A DNA stretch of 64,000 bases from Trichoplax adhaerens (lineage: Eukaryota; Animalia; Placozoa): NCBI RefSeq assembly GCF_000150275.1, contig NW_002060967.1, forward strand, positions 558,001 through 622,000, read 5' to 3'. The stretch's first letter is position 1. Each line of letters starts with the position of its first letter. Below the pieces are notes generated by a model. It did not search any database. It was not told the origin of the DNA and saw only the letters and a list, made by a program, of their open reading frames with translations. The position numbers were made by a program, and so were the translations under genes. Shown piece by piece: positions 16,701-30,000 of the stretch.

Positions 16701-19700
16701 AAGTGTAACTTCAGCCATATTATTAAGTAATACAGGATCTGATAATGACGGCAATGATTCTTTCAATAAATTATTCCTGAGCGAACAACATAGTAAATGC
16801 CTTACAAGTTTATAGGATGAAGAAATAAATTTATTAGGCAATTATTCTACTAAATCTAGAGGTACGATCTTTTTACTGTTTTGGTAGTAAAATAAAGATA
16901 CTCTACCGTTACAAATTCGAAACTTAGCTGCTAAATAAAAATGAAAAAAGGAATTTTCTTAAATTGGTATGCTAGTGCTAATTAATTCGAGCAATTGTTG
17001 CACTGGTAAGGGAATAGTTAGATTTTACAATAATGATTATATTGTCTTTAAACTGGTGTATGCTAACAAATTAAAGAGCCTAAAAAGAGATTCTCAAATA
17101 TTATGGAATAGTCTAAAAGTTGAAAATGGAATCAATTTTACCTGGAAGATACTTTTGATTCAGTAACTTGCGAACCCAAAGGCTAGCTTGAGAGGAATTA
17201 CTGACGCGTTCTGCTAAGCTAAATAGATAAATGGTTATCGCTTCAGTTGATAGGCAGATTATGATAAACTAGGCAATGATAAACAGTAGTTGAATAAATA
17301 GAATTAAAGATTGCGATTAATTCAGAATTTAAATAATATCTTGGTATGATGGTAAGAATACTCACAACGGATCAAAGCTCATAAGTGACGAATTAAATAT
17401 TAGTGATCAATTTATATCTGATTCTGGCGATAATTTATTTGGTTACATTAAGTACAGCTTGTCTAACCTATGCTAAATATAGTGTGATCGGATCATCGGG
17501 ATTATAATTATCGAAAGATCATCAATGCACAAAATGGGGTTATTATCAATTTATGTTGACAATACAAGGATTAATAATCCAATTAAACATTTGTTATTCA
17601 TAGCGGAGGTTAATGGATTACATCTGCTATCACGTATTATTTCAAATGGAAAGAAGCAAATAGCTATTCGCCGATACTTTGCTTGAGCTACAATAGCAAC
17701 TGGTGAAATTATTTCTATGCAATACAATAGATACTTAACAGTCCATTTTAGTTGATCAATAAATATTAGCTATATGATATTAATAATTATTCTTTTTGAC
17801 CAATAACTCTTAATTGAATATCTCTACATTAAACATCCTCTAAAAATTGCTTGTGCATGAATAAGCACGATAGAATTTTTAACCATTTTAATTCAACTAG
17901 GCCAACTCCATATTGAAATAATTACAGGTTAGTATTATCATTTATCAATATGGCAAGGTACCGGTATTATTACTGTTAAAATTTTGCAGATATAACAGGC
18001 ATATACTCTAACAAGTAAATACATAGGGTAAAAACTTATCAGTAGTCATTTAAGGTCTTGATCTTTGTACAATTTTCTTCACTTATAGTTAAGACAAATG
18101 ATCGATGATCATCTAAGTGAAGGCCTATAAAAGTATTGAGTGAGCGACCATCTATCTGTCACTTATATTGAATTTGAAAACTTGGGGTAGAAAAATTAAA
18201 AGGCAATACTTAACCATTGAAGTGAATAAATATGTTACCTGGCCGGCAAGCAGTCATTCGATGTCACTTTCTACTAGTTTAGCGGCGCATTTGTTTTAAA
18301 TTTCTTATCTGCTAAAAATGCGCAAGAATAATATAGCCCAAAGATGATCAAGTTGCTTATAAATAATGCTATATTCTACTTTAACCCTCAATAATTACTA
18401 AAGACCTGTAAGCATGCCCTTAATCAGCCAATTATTCGTGTTACCATATAATAAAGTCAATTTTTCGTTTATTGTTTTATTTCTTTGATGCACGTGAAAT
18501 TTTATTTAGTTGATTTGCCGTCTAAATTTATCCCGGGCGAGGCGCTTTTCAATGGCGATTACCATTGCTACATTGTTATTAATTTACGGAACAAAAATAC
18601 TGACCAAACCCTGACTCAGTTATGCAATTATTACTAAACCCATGAACTGAATAGAATGTTTAGGATTAATATTACCTGAGCAAATAATTTATTAATTTTA
18701 ATGACCATTTCATGAATAATTTTTTCGTTATAATTTCAGTTAAAATTCTATACACTAAATAATTTTAAGAGCTTTTATAAAGTTTGATTGTTTTAATGAG
18801 TACCTATAGGTTGAATTTAATACGATTATCCCTTTTATTAGAGATCTATAGCATTAGCACATTGCAATTCATTATAAACATGTTTAAACACCTATTTGGC
18901 GACAATCGCTTCAACACAGAATGAGACGTTTATCCGACATCATAACTACAGTAACCTACAAGTACCAATATATCAATTAGTCTTAAATTACAAAGTTAGT
19001 TTCGACTTCCTATGGTAAGATAGTAGTTCTCCTATTTTAGAACTGATCTTATTTTACTAAATTTTGGCACATGATATTGTTGATTTTTACTTTAAATTAT
19101 TTAGTGCCGAGATATGAATAGTGCTGTAATTGTCGTCGGTCTCATTATCATCAGTTCTCAATGAGGTGTGACGCCAAGATGTAATTACTGCCGAGAAAAT
19201 TCTCTTATATAACATTGCAACATACTACCAGTCTATCTAGTAACTAAATTATCATTCTGTATATCTTCGTAGTCTATCAATTGTGCTGTAATTTACGCCG
19301 GAACCACCGTTGTTAAAACTGTAGGTAGACCTAATTAAGAGGGTGTCGGCAAATTTAGACATACAGGCAATTACCGTGTTATCCGATAGACTTGACTGTC
19401 GTGTTTACTTCTAAATACGGTATAGTCTATTTTCAGTAAAAGTATTAGTTTTCACTAGACTGTAGCATAACTCTAAGACTGTAACATAACTCTAAATATG
19501 TATGATCTATATTTAACAATTTATTCTGTGGAAATATCTTGTACTCTAGCTAAATTCTACCGTAGCACTAGCTTAACATACAAGTAACTTATTTTCATGA
19601 ATCATTCGCGCCTATAAATAATTTTCCTCCTGCTGTGCTCCTAACTTTATAAAAGCTATCTTCTTTCGTCTATCTCGTTAGTTAGTTCTGGTAGTTACAT

Positions 19701-19883
19701 GGTAAGCTTGCATGCTTTGCCTATTCTACACTACTATAGTTATTCGACTAGTCACGTCGTTACTTACACGATAATCTTAGACGATTATTCTCTTATACTA
19801 GCTCAATAAAGATTACTCTTCCGTGAACTATTTTATTGCACTTTATTGCGACTGATGCTGAACTCTCAACCTCCCGAAACATC

Positions 19884-20282
19884 TGTAAGACAGTGTAATA
19901 TTGTATTCTCAGTTGATGATATATTTAGTAATGTCTACCGTAGGTGTTGTATTCAACATGTGATAGATATTCTAGTTAGAAGCTTAAGTATTAAATATAG
20001 CTAGCTTAGTAGCTGTAATCCTTTTGAAGAGGAGCGCTACAGTGCTCACACTAGAGCTTCACATGAAAGGTGTAAACTAGCCTGTATTTGAGATGCTAAT
20101 ACTGAAGTGTGTAGTAAGTAAGGCGGAAAGGTATATAAGCGAGTAGTTTAGTAAAGTAAGATAGTTCTTTCTCGTTAGAGGTCCTCAGCTAATCGATTAC
20201 GTTGTATCTTCGTAAAGGAGGTTTTGTTTAATAAATCTTAATTTTCTAAAGTTTTGAAGATTTTTGATCTATCAACCTCACA
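19884..20282 (+). mobile_element. Solo LTR, family A, copy 1 (399 bp)
   Basis: TGTAAG...CTCACA termini, 5-bp TSD ACATC (19879-19883 / 20283-20287), internal TATATAA and AATAAA. Homologous to copies at 20520 and 51857. Confidence 0.9.
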
Positions 20283-20519
20283 ACATCACATAAGCGGCCA
20301 AAGATGTCAACCATGGTGGCTATTTTGCCAGAATAATATTAATCTAATAGTGTTCTCTTTAGCAATATATAGTGTGGGAATCTATTACCTAAACCGCTTC
20401 TATCGGTCTAATCGAAGACGACGTAGATAAACTTATAGATAAGCTGCAAATCAGAGCTTGCTACTCGTAATTACTGGTTTCTGAATGAATTTTATGTCAT
20501 CTTTATATTAAAATAAGAG

Positions 20520-20910
20520 TGTGAGGTTGATTTCAAGAATCTATAAGATTTATTGAACAAAACCTCGTTTACAAAGATACAACGTAATCGATCAGCTGAG
20601 GACCTCTAACGAGAAAGAACTATTTTACTGTTCTAAACTACTCGCTTATACACATTTCTGCGTTAACAATCTTAGCACCTTACTTACTACACACTTCAGT
20701 ATTAGCATCTCCAATACAGGATAGTTTACACCTTTCATGTGAAGCTCTAGTGTGAGCACTGTAGCACTCCTCTTCATAAGGATACAGTTACTAAGCTAGC
20801 TATATTTAATAATAAGCCTCTAACAGAATATCTATCGCACGTTGAATACAATAACTACAGTATTACTAAATATACCATCAACTTAGAATACAGTATTACA
20901 CTGTCTTACA
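20520..20910 (-). mobile_element. Solo LTR, family A, copy 2 (391 bp), inverted relative to copy 1
   Basis: Reverse complement of copy 1, with its own 5-bp TSD AAGAG (20515-20519 / 20911-20915). Confidence 0.9.
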
Positions 20911-22202
20911 AAGAGTTAAAGATCATTCCATGATCATGAAACAAAATCATCAGTGATTGTAGATTAAAGATAAAGAAGTTGGCATTCACTTTTAATGCTT
21001 TTTTTTCCCCCTCTATTCACATAGCTATATATAGCGCTATGCTGTAATTAACAGTAGGTAAAATCTAGCAGATGAAGTTAACTTTATTACAGCAATGCTT
21101 CTCAGTACTAGTATTGAATACTAGTTGATAAACTTCGATATGGTGATCCATGACAGGGTCAATTATTGGAAGTTCAGCGATGACTAGGTACTGTAGACTC
21201 GCGATGTAGATATTATGTAAGTTTCCTTCTCGACAGATATGCATATAAAGTGGTGTTGGACTGCTCTTTATGTTAGCAACCACATAGCAAATGATTGTGT
21301 TGGTATTTAGCTGGTGCTTGTTTAAATGAAATATTGTACATTCCTCGATTGGATTTTCAATGCTTACGAACTAGAAAATCCGATTTGGATAACGTCCTCT
21401 TCAAACAGAGCTTTAGTGGATCTAATATCACTCTTTTCATTCCATTTTATAGCTCTAACATCGATTATTACACTAATTTCATACAGTTTACTCGCCCTTA
21501 GTACCAATTTAAAAACTGCAATGCATCTTAATCTTAGGAAATTTTCATAATATCTTTGGTAAAGTAATGTATTAGCTAACTCTAAGTTCTAACCTTGACA
21601 AAAGTTAATTTCTATCTCCAAATCGACACATTAGTGCGAATATCATGGATTAACTGATAATTTCATACTGGGCACAACGTACATTAGATAAAAATTAGCA
21701 AATAAGACGGTTAAGCATGCTATCATTATCTCTACGATATTATTGCCATGGTATATTAGAAATTATACGGTATAGGGCATTCTAGTTTATTGCGATACGT
21801 CGCTTTCAGTAATGTATGCAGATATATGATATTATCAAAGATCAAGATTCATTTCAATTTAATTATTTTATTTACATAACTTTCATGATGATTAATTATA
21901 TACGATAACGATTACTATGATAGATTGCAACGAATTAGGTAACCATTCCCATATTCAATGGCATCGGTATGGCTAATGGGTCGAACATTACTTACTTTTA
22001 CTTGGCTAATTTAAATTATTTGATTTGTAATGAAAACAGCTAAAGCAATATTGTATGCCGTACGACTACTTACGTCAAATAATGTTTATTACCCGCTCGA
22101 AGGATTCGGTTAGTACTGATATACGTGTTTGCATTCCGGATATTTTTGTTTATCTTATAGTAATATGCATATTATCTTCTATGTATTAGTATCCTTAAAA
22201 GT

Positions 22203-22345
22203 CAACCCGAAACCCGGTTTGAGCCCGACTTGAGGGCGGGATTCGGATTAAGAATTTGTGTGATGATACCGTGTTTGTATAGCGATTGCACTTATTTCGG
22301 GTTAGAAAATCAACAATTTAATCGGGTTTTATCGGATTCGGGTTG
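22203..22345. mobile_element. Short MITE-like relic with inverted termini and repeated aacccg/cgggtt motifs
   Basis: caacccgaaacccg at the left end, cggattcgggttg (reverse complement caacccgaatccg) at the right, several internal tcgggtt/tcggatt motifs. GC-rich island in AT-rich DNA; no TSD identified. Confidence 0.4.
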
Positions 22346-25300
22346 CGTTTTCACTCCATTGAAAGACTCTACTATGTATCATTGAGAACAGAGTTTTCGG
22401 TTCGAACAGTTGGTTTTAAAGAGATTATCATTAATTATTATGAGACAGTCTGTTCTTTTTCTTAATTTTCCAGCTACATACAATTCATGAATCCATACAT
22501 TACTAAAGTTATGGTATTGCTTTAAAATTTCAGAGTACAATAATATCATTTTACGCGGATTATCATAAAAACGATGGTGTGCTTGTTGTAAATTAGCAGT
22601 CTGAGCGTAAAAATTTAAATTAGTTCTTGAAAATAGTTTATGTACAACTTTAACTTTCCCTAATAAAATGGGTTATAAGACGTAAGTCTTTCTGGTAAAT
22701 TGAAAGATTTTGGTAGCAATGTCGCTGCATTGCAATTTCGTATCGTAAATTTCGGAAGAACGTTTCGCTGTCGATATGACAGGTTGTACGTTATTTGACC
22801 GCCCTTACTCAAACGGATTAGCCTGTTTACTTATATAGTATAAATATTATCAAAATCATTAGCGTATATTATTTCCTTGCACTATCGTGGCCGATAGTCG
22901 TACTTGTCGCCATTGGTACGTAAACAATTGGCGTGCCTTGCCATGAATTTACGCAATAGACCTCCTAGTAGCCACCGGCAACATCATCGCCTATTTTATT
23001 TATAATGCAGTGGGTGGTGGGGCTGTCGATTTTATTTTTTGATTTGATATTTATTTAGATTATAATTTTGTCCCGTGTGGATTATTATAGAATCTTTAAT
23101 AATAAACAAATGGACGCCTCACGGGCTGCTGTAGTAGATCATAATTGATCGAGTATTTTCGGAATAATTTTCTTTAAGTTCTTTTGCATGAACGATCACA
23201 TAAATTTGCATCATGTTTTGTATGTCTCAGTAAGAATTACAATTATTTATTCGTACATTTGTTGGTAAATACGGAACTCCTTAAACTATGTGTTTAATTT
23301 TTTGCCTATGCCAACACCCATAATAAAGTATTTGATGATGGGCTGTCCGTTGCATCATTATGTAAACGTGGCTAGAAATGAATAGAATCAAAGTTATAAT
23401 TTAAACAGTTCAATGATGTAATAATTGGTAATGGAAGTTCAATCTATAGAGAAATTGAACTCTATCTAAGCCTACGGAATTTCCGATACTTTAGCAATAC
23501 CTTGATATCAAAAATGAACTACCTACTGTACAGCTTATTACAATTTAGCAGATCTATTAACGCCATATAAAAGTGGAGGATGATTTATAGCCTGCCTTAC
23601 TGCCAATAGCTCATGCTATTGGCAGTGTATTCCGACCAAAGTCACCGAACAAGTACTACTATTAGATTACAGCAGGTGGTATAGGTGCTTCATTATCCTT
23701 GCGTTAATGTTAATCGTAGGGTTTCTACTACACACTATCTTTTTAGACGGGTTTTCATTTCTATCCTGATGATATCGGTAGAAACGGTTTGGCTACACCA
23801 GGCAATAGCAAATTAAAAATTAAAACTTGAGTTAGATTAAAGCTACATCAGTAGCTATTATGAAGAGCTGTTGCATGGAATTGCCTATTTTATTTCTAAC
23901 TGGAATGATCAGCAGTTAAATATCTTTGGTGTTGTATTATCCGTAGAAATGACACAGTGCAATCAAAAAGGATGTCATTTAAATGTTGCAATGATTAGGT
24001 TTACATATTGTTACAGATTTATACTATACTACAGTCTTATATTCAATCTTTTGCTCAAATGCTGATATTTGCGCTGTTTAAAATACTCAGTAGCCATATT
24101 GAGAATATAAACAAGGATGCTTCCATTTATGGTCCTCTGAGATTATATGGTCATCTTTTGATTGTAGGAATTATTTTTACTCCTGTTAAATAGATGATTA
24201 CGGTACTCTATTACCTAGTTGATGAAATTGTAATGTTCAGGCAGAAATAATTTATTTACTAGATCTAATTTTATAATGTAACAGAGCGCCAAACGTGCTC
24301 CACTGCAAGTACAAAAGTCGGTACCGTAGTTTAGATATGCCTTAAAATGGTTATCAATGATCAATTTCAACAGGTGCAAACATGAACACGTTCTATGTGC
24401 CTCGTTCTACTATTGCCACTAGGTAGGAAAGAGGGCATTAATAATGATTGAATGGGTAATTTTTTTGGTGGTAAGATCAACAATCTGTTCGTGAAGTTTA
24501 GTGGAATATTGATATTTTATTCAAGAGACAGTTGTGTGAACAATTTCCGATACTTTGGTAAACAACAGGCGGAGTAGCTGATGTAGCAAAATGGAATCTA
24601 AACTCGTTAATCTGAAATTGGTATAGTGCGGTGCTTGTTGTAGCTGATTAATATTCTGAGTCTTAAAGCACCGAATGGACGGCCTTCTAATTTTTAGATT
24701 GTTTTCGTATTGAAGCTTTGCCTGGATTCGTTATAATCGTTTCAAACGACTTAACTTGAGTTGATATACATGCACTTGCCCATGACAATATTGAATTAGC
24801 TACGCATGTATACGTAAATAAGAAATGATCACCGTATGAATGAAGAGGTTAAATATTGAAAATTCCAGTACTGTTTAGTATAGTATTGGAAATTAATTTC
24901 CTTGACAGTTGGTATTGAACCCGTTAAAACGAGCTAAGAGGAGAGTGTAATATCGTGGAGAATTTCCAGATCAGATGTGTCAAAATTGGAATCTCAATGA
25001 CACAAAAAATCAACTCTATTCATCGTAGGAAAGAAACAGGGCAACGGTTGTCAGTCTCTCCATTGCTTATACTGCAGGGGTCCGCTGGTTATCCTGGCTC
25101 TTTTTTATAATTAGAATTTAGAATTTTGTGTTTACTGTTAGTCATTCCTGTTGAAAGCCTTCCCATTTCCTAAATAAATATCCCGCCTTAAACCCGAACG
25201 ATTTGTTCTTGTAGTATTTTATAGTTAGCAGTCAACCAATCTAAAGGCTGAGCGACAGTAGAAATTACAATACAGTATATGGCTCGAACATGTACAATGT

Positions 25301-25459
25301 GATTCGTTTTCTTTAATATGATTGAATAGTAAACATTATAAGTAAAGCGCTTCAAAAAGACCAATCGTCATGAATCGTTCTATCCAGATACATATTAAAA
25401 CCAAGCATTTGCGATGAATTTTGTACAAATTGATGCAAAAATTTTAATATCGAATGTAT

Positions 25460-25868
25460 CATGCCGAAAGTAGATCCCTTGCTAATAGTGTTCTGCATCG
25501 TACTGAGAAATCACTCAAATGAATGGACTTTTCCATTTTTAATAAAATTGTTTTGTCCGGGATCAAGCATCCATTTCATGCCCGTAGTAGATCCCTTGCT
25601 AATGGCGTTCTACATCGCACTGAGAAGTCACTCAAATGAATGGACTTCTCTATTCTTAATAAGATTGTTTTGTCCAGGGATCAAGCATCCATTTCATGCT
25701 GAAAGTAGATCCCTTGCTAATAGTGTTCTACATTGTACTGAGAAGTCACTCAAACGAATGGACTTCTCTATTCTTAATAAGATTGTTTTATCAAGGGATC
25801 AAGCATCCATTTCATGCTGAAAGTAGATCCTTGCTAGCAGTATTCTGCATCGTAGTGAGAAGTCGCTC
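25460..25868. repeat. Tandem repeat of 117-118-bp unit, ~3.4 copies, plus a detached degenerate fragment near 26020-26075
   Basis: catgc.gaaagtagatcccttgctaat...ctgagaagtcactcaaa.gaatggactt...gggatcaagcatccattt starts at 25460, 25577, 25695 and 25813. Confidence 0.93.
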
Positions 25869-27057
25869 TTGGGAACTAGCTTTGATCGTTGTACGATCAA
25901 ATTGGAGTTTTAGCGGATTTTAGGGGTACTTCAGAGTACTTGGCAGAGCTCTACTTGCTAGGCGATGAAAACTCAGTATGGAAACGATCTTGAGGTTAAG
26001 GCATGAACTGCTGTATTCCAAATGGGATTGAATTGTCCATGGATCGAGCATCCATTTGATGATGAAAGTCGATTGAACTCTGACTTACAGTATCGAAAAT
26101 CATAATATCTCCTTCATCGATCTACGGTGGAAGCTTGACTAATGCAGATACGAGCGCGTTTGATGGGAAGAGGTAGAGACTATTTGAAGAAACCTTAGGA
26201 GCAACGGCTTCAATTCGTTGTCCAGGGAACCCTCTATAGGTAGTTAGAATAGAGTTTACTAGACGTTTTACTATAAAGGCTATAGGGATTAGGGGTTGCA
26301 TAGATACTTTTTAGATAGCTATCCGTCTTAACATCCAATGCCGCTTCCCGTAGGTATCATTCGACATTGGACTAGCACAGGCTGTCGTACACTATCACAT
26401 CGACGATAAAACAAGTACAAGAGTACGTCATGTGTTTTGTTGATTTTCTTCCAGCTAAATGTTGTTGAGTCACCATTCGTCCTGGATTATGTACAGAAGG
26501 GCGTTCCACAGCATTTGCTGGTGACCATATACACATGGCTAACCATGGTGGAACGCCCTAATGGACAGTATATGAGAGCACACCACCACAGGAAAGACCG
26601 TAAGAAAACACACAACCTGTCGTTCAAGAACATCGAACACGGAACTGCCTTGAAACATTTTTGATCGCTTTTGCAAATGGTTCAAGTCAGCGTAGCCTCT
26701 GCTCTCCCTTCGTAGATATTCGATAAGAAGTAAAGAGAAAGCATACTGTACGACGTTATGGTATAGACTAGAGAAAATGACTGGCAGTTGGGTAAACATT
26801 ATTTTGCCGTCCTTTTCTTGGCCAAAATCAGCATTAGGTCTGCCGATAACAAGTTTATTTATTTTTTTTTCTACTGATTAAATAAAAAAATAAACTTTTA
26901 TTCACCGACCGTGACATGTTGATAAGTTAGCGGTAGGGTTACCAATCAAGAATGCAAAGTAGCAAGGTCCAGTAGTTGTTATTCTCTTACTGAATTTAAA
27001 TTTTCATGCAATTGGCATTTTTCACTCATTCTTGTTCGATGACCATCTGAGTGCAAG

Positions 27058-30000
27058 ATGCGTTGGTCAACTTACCTTCAGATCTTTTGTGTCGCTTTAG
27101 GTAAGACGTTATTGTTCAAGTAGGAGAAAAAATAGAATTCCTGATGAAAAGTGGATATAGTCTTTTCCTGTAATTGTTAATGTCAATCTCGATCTTGCGA
27201 TAGTCAATGGCCATCACTACAAATTGTCATCAAAATGAATTTTAGGAAAACTTGCCTAGTTTCGATTAGTGACTTTGGAAGTTACGATTAGAAATAAAAT
27301 GTTTCATGAAATGACAGTTATTGTAATACGAGTACAATTGAAATACCAAATGTTTTACTGGTTATAACTTTGGATTCTATTTCAATACTTTATTAGTATT
27401 TGTGGTCGGCGCTCAAGGAGATGCTGCCAAGCCAGAGTGCAGTCAAAATCAGGTAATTTTTGCTAATGTTGACCTAATTAAGTTACTATGAATTGTTATA
27501 CAGTAGTTTATTTTCTAATGTCGACATTGTGCAGGATATGTCCGGCAATTTCGTTTTTTTTCTGAATACGTTTCAAGTATACTGTGTATTTTATGCCTTG
27601 GCAGAGCACATGCATTCCTATAAGAATTCGTTAATTTTGATGTACTGTATGGCTACTAGACAATCATTCAATTTTTAGTCTGGACAAATTCGATGTTCGC
27701 ATTTGATATAGGAATTATTTCACCAATTTATATCGCACACGTGATAGGTATTTATGTGCATCGAAGCCAACTGGTTTTTAAGCCTCTCAAAGGCTTATGG
27801 ATAGCAAGCTACCTTAACGTATCGTAGATTGATCTGCTAATACTTGATGCACAAATAATTGATGCTCTCTGTTGCAAATTTCCGTAAACTATTGATCTGC
27901 CATATACTAATCCAAACATACTTAACTGCTCATTTGTCCTAAAATAGTTTAATTTTGACATTTAATTCTTGTGTTATTGAATGTATTTTAGCCACAAGGT
28001 ACCGATGACAGATTGAAAACTTTGCGTAGTCATCTAGCGCAAGACAGTAATAACATTCATGCATACATCATTCCTGCTGGTGATGCCCATCAGGTACGTT
28101 CATAAGATATACGAGTATATCTCCATCAAGGAAACTATCTGCGCCAAATAAACATGCTTAAAAAGCTCAAAGTACTTCGATAGATTCTATTTACATCAGG
28201 CCTAATAGTCAACTGTAATCATAGTCACCAGTAAAAGTGAGATTTTGCAAGAATACATCATCCATAATTGTCAATGACAGCCTACTGAATACTTGAAATC
28301 GATTGATCATATTGAATAACCCATCATCCTTTATATAGAGCGAATACATAGCTCCTTATTCCATGAGAAGGAAATTTATCTCTGGTTTTACTGGCTCGGC
28401 AGGTAAATTCTCCGCCAGTTTTTAGACTGTATGTCGATCCCTATAAGTGTGGTATAACAGCAAAATAAATATGTATATAGTGCAATGTGACAGTGATAAT
28501 TGTGTTATTATTATATATACAATATAAAAGAAAACTAAAAATGGAAAAAAACACACAGGCTGTAGAACCTTAATTTGATTATGCATTCTATCGCCATGAT
28601 AAGGTACGGCCATTGTTACCAGAACTAAAGCCGCTCTATGGACAGATGGACGCTATTTCCTTCAGGGAGCGGATGAATTAGATTGTAATTGGATTTTAAT
28701 GAAAGCTGGTATGATTATAATTTTACTTTTTAAATCTCAATTTATCGTTTAGCTAGTGAGCTTTTTACCAATTATTTATGCAAAAGGTTTCAGTGCAGCA
28801 AGTTCTTGCATTGAAGATATGAATAGAATAACAAATAAATGCAGAGGTGTCTTTATTAAATGAACTATTGCTTATTATCTTTCATTCATAATTAAGGCTT
28901 ACCGACTACCCCCAGTCAGACTACCTGGTTAAATCAGGTATTAAAATATCTTTAATTATTGTTTGACTACTATCTAATTCAGTAAATATTGCATAATAGA
29001 GAACTATAGCTTGATATGCGGTTCAGAATACTTAAAGTGGATTGATGTAAATTGTTTTGTATGACAGTAGCTTTGGCAAATAATAATTGAATATTCAAAT
29101 TTACGATCATAAGTTAATACAATTTCAGAACATTTAGTCATTTAATAATTTATTTAAAATATTTGCGGCTAGTATTGTACTTTATGCAGTTGCCTAACTA
29201 GTTATATAGAAAGTATACTCTATTTTAGAAGGATTAATTTTAATTATCTCTCTTTTCAGGAATTGCCAGCCGGTGCTAATGTAGGAGCTGATCCTTTCCT
29301 ATTATCTATCAGTAAGTGTCCTGTTTTTAAGTCTACTCTTCAGGCTCAATCGATATAGGCAGTATAATACTGTACTTGAATCATTTTGAAGTTTGCGATA
29401 GTATAGTTATCATTATTTGATGCAGATATTGCTTAACAATAGTGTACCTTACTGAAGTTGTAACAGATGTTATTTCTTGGCTTTGTATGCTCCCGCAATT
29501 AAAAACTAAGCTATGAATTCTTTATGTTATGATTATGATAGATTCATGGTCATCATATGAAAAGGTGAAACTACATTGAAACTTTACGATCGTTTTCTTC
29601 GGCTATATATAATCAGATTCAAGTTCTGCTGTCCTTATCCAATATTTTTTACTTTAATTCCGATCTGTAGGCCTTGGCTACTGCAGGACATAAAATGATC
29701 CCAATAAGTGAAAATTTGGTTGACAAAGTGTGGCTTGATAAACCAAGCAGGCCTGATGCAGCCTTAATTGCTATGGAAAATTTTTACACCGGTATAGTGA
29801 CAAATTATTTTCTTTGCAATAACTTTCATCATCTTCTTCTGTATACGTAATGATATAGCTATCATTAATATCCTCTGTTCATTACCTACAATAAACTTAA
29901 TCAATGTGTATTGATGTTGATTATATTTGTGGTATTAACTAAATTTTAGGCAGATCGTGGAAATCAAAAATCGATGAATTGCGTGGTCAATTACGAGCTA

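Noticed and set aside
19461-19883. Older LTR-like sequence (TG start, TATA, AATAAA) apparently interrupted by family-A copy 1
   Set aside because: No matching TSD or convincing primer-binding site.
19884-20910. Single foldback/TIR DNA transposon
   Set aside because: The outer flanks share no TSD, each arm has its own TSD, and a lone copy exists at 51857, so these are two LTRs.
21060-21550. Possible decayed GPCR fragment (FLLDRY plus a hydrophobic ORF)
   Set aside because: A single short motif with wrong spacing to other TM motifs; compatible with chance.
25461-25923. 119-aa and 75-aa ORFs
   Set aside because: They lie wholly in the 118-bp tandem repeat, and the frame shifts between units.
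26437-26799. Overlapping 75-aa and 86-aa ORFs upstream of the aminopeptidase
   Set aside because: No recognisable motif or consistent splice structure.
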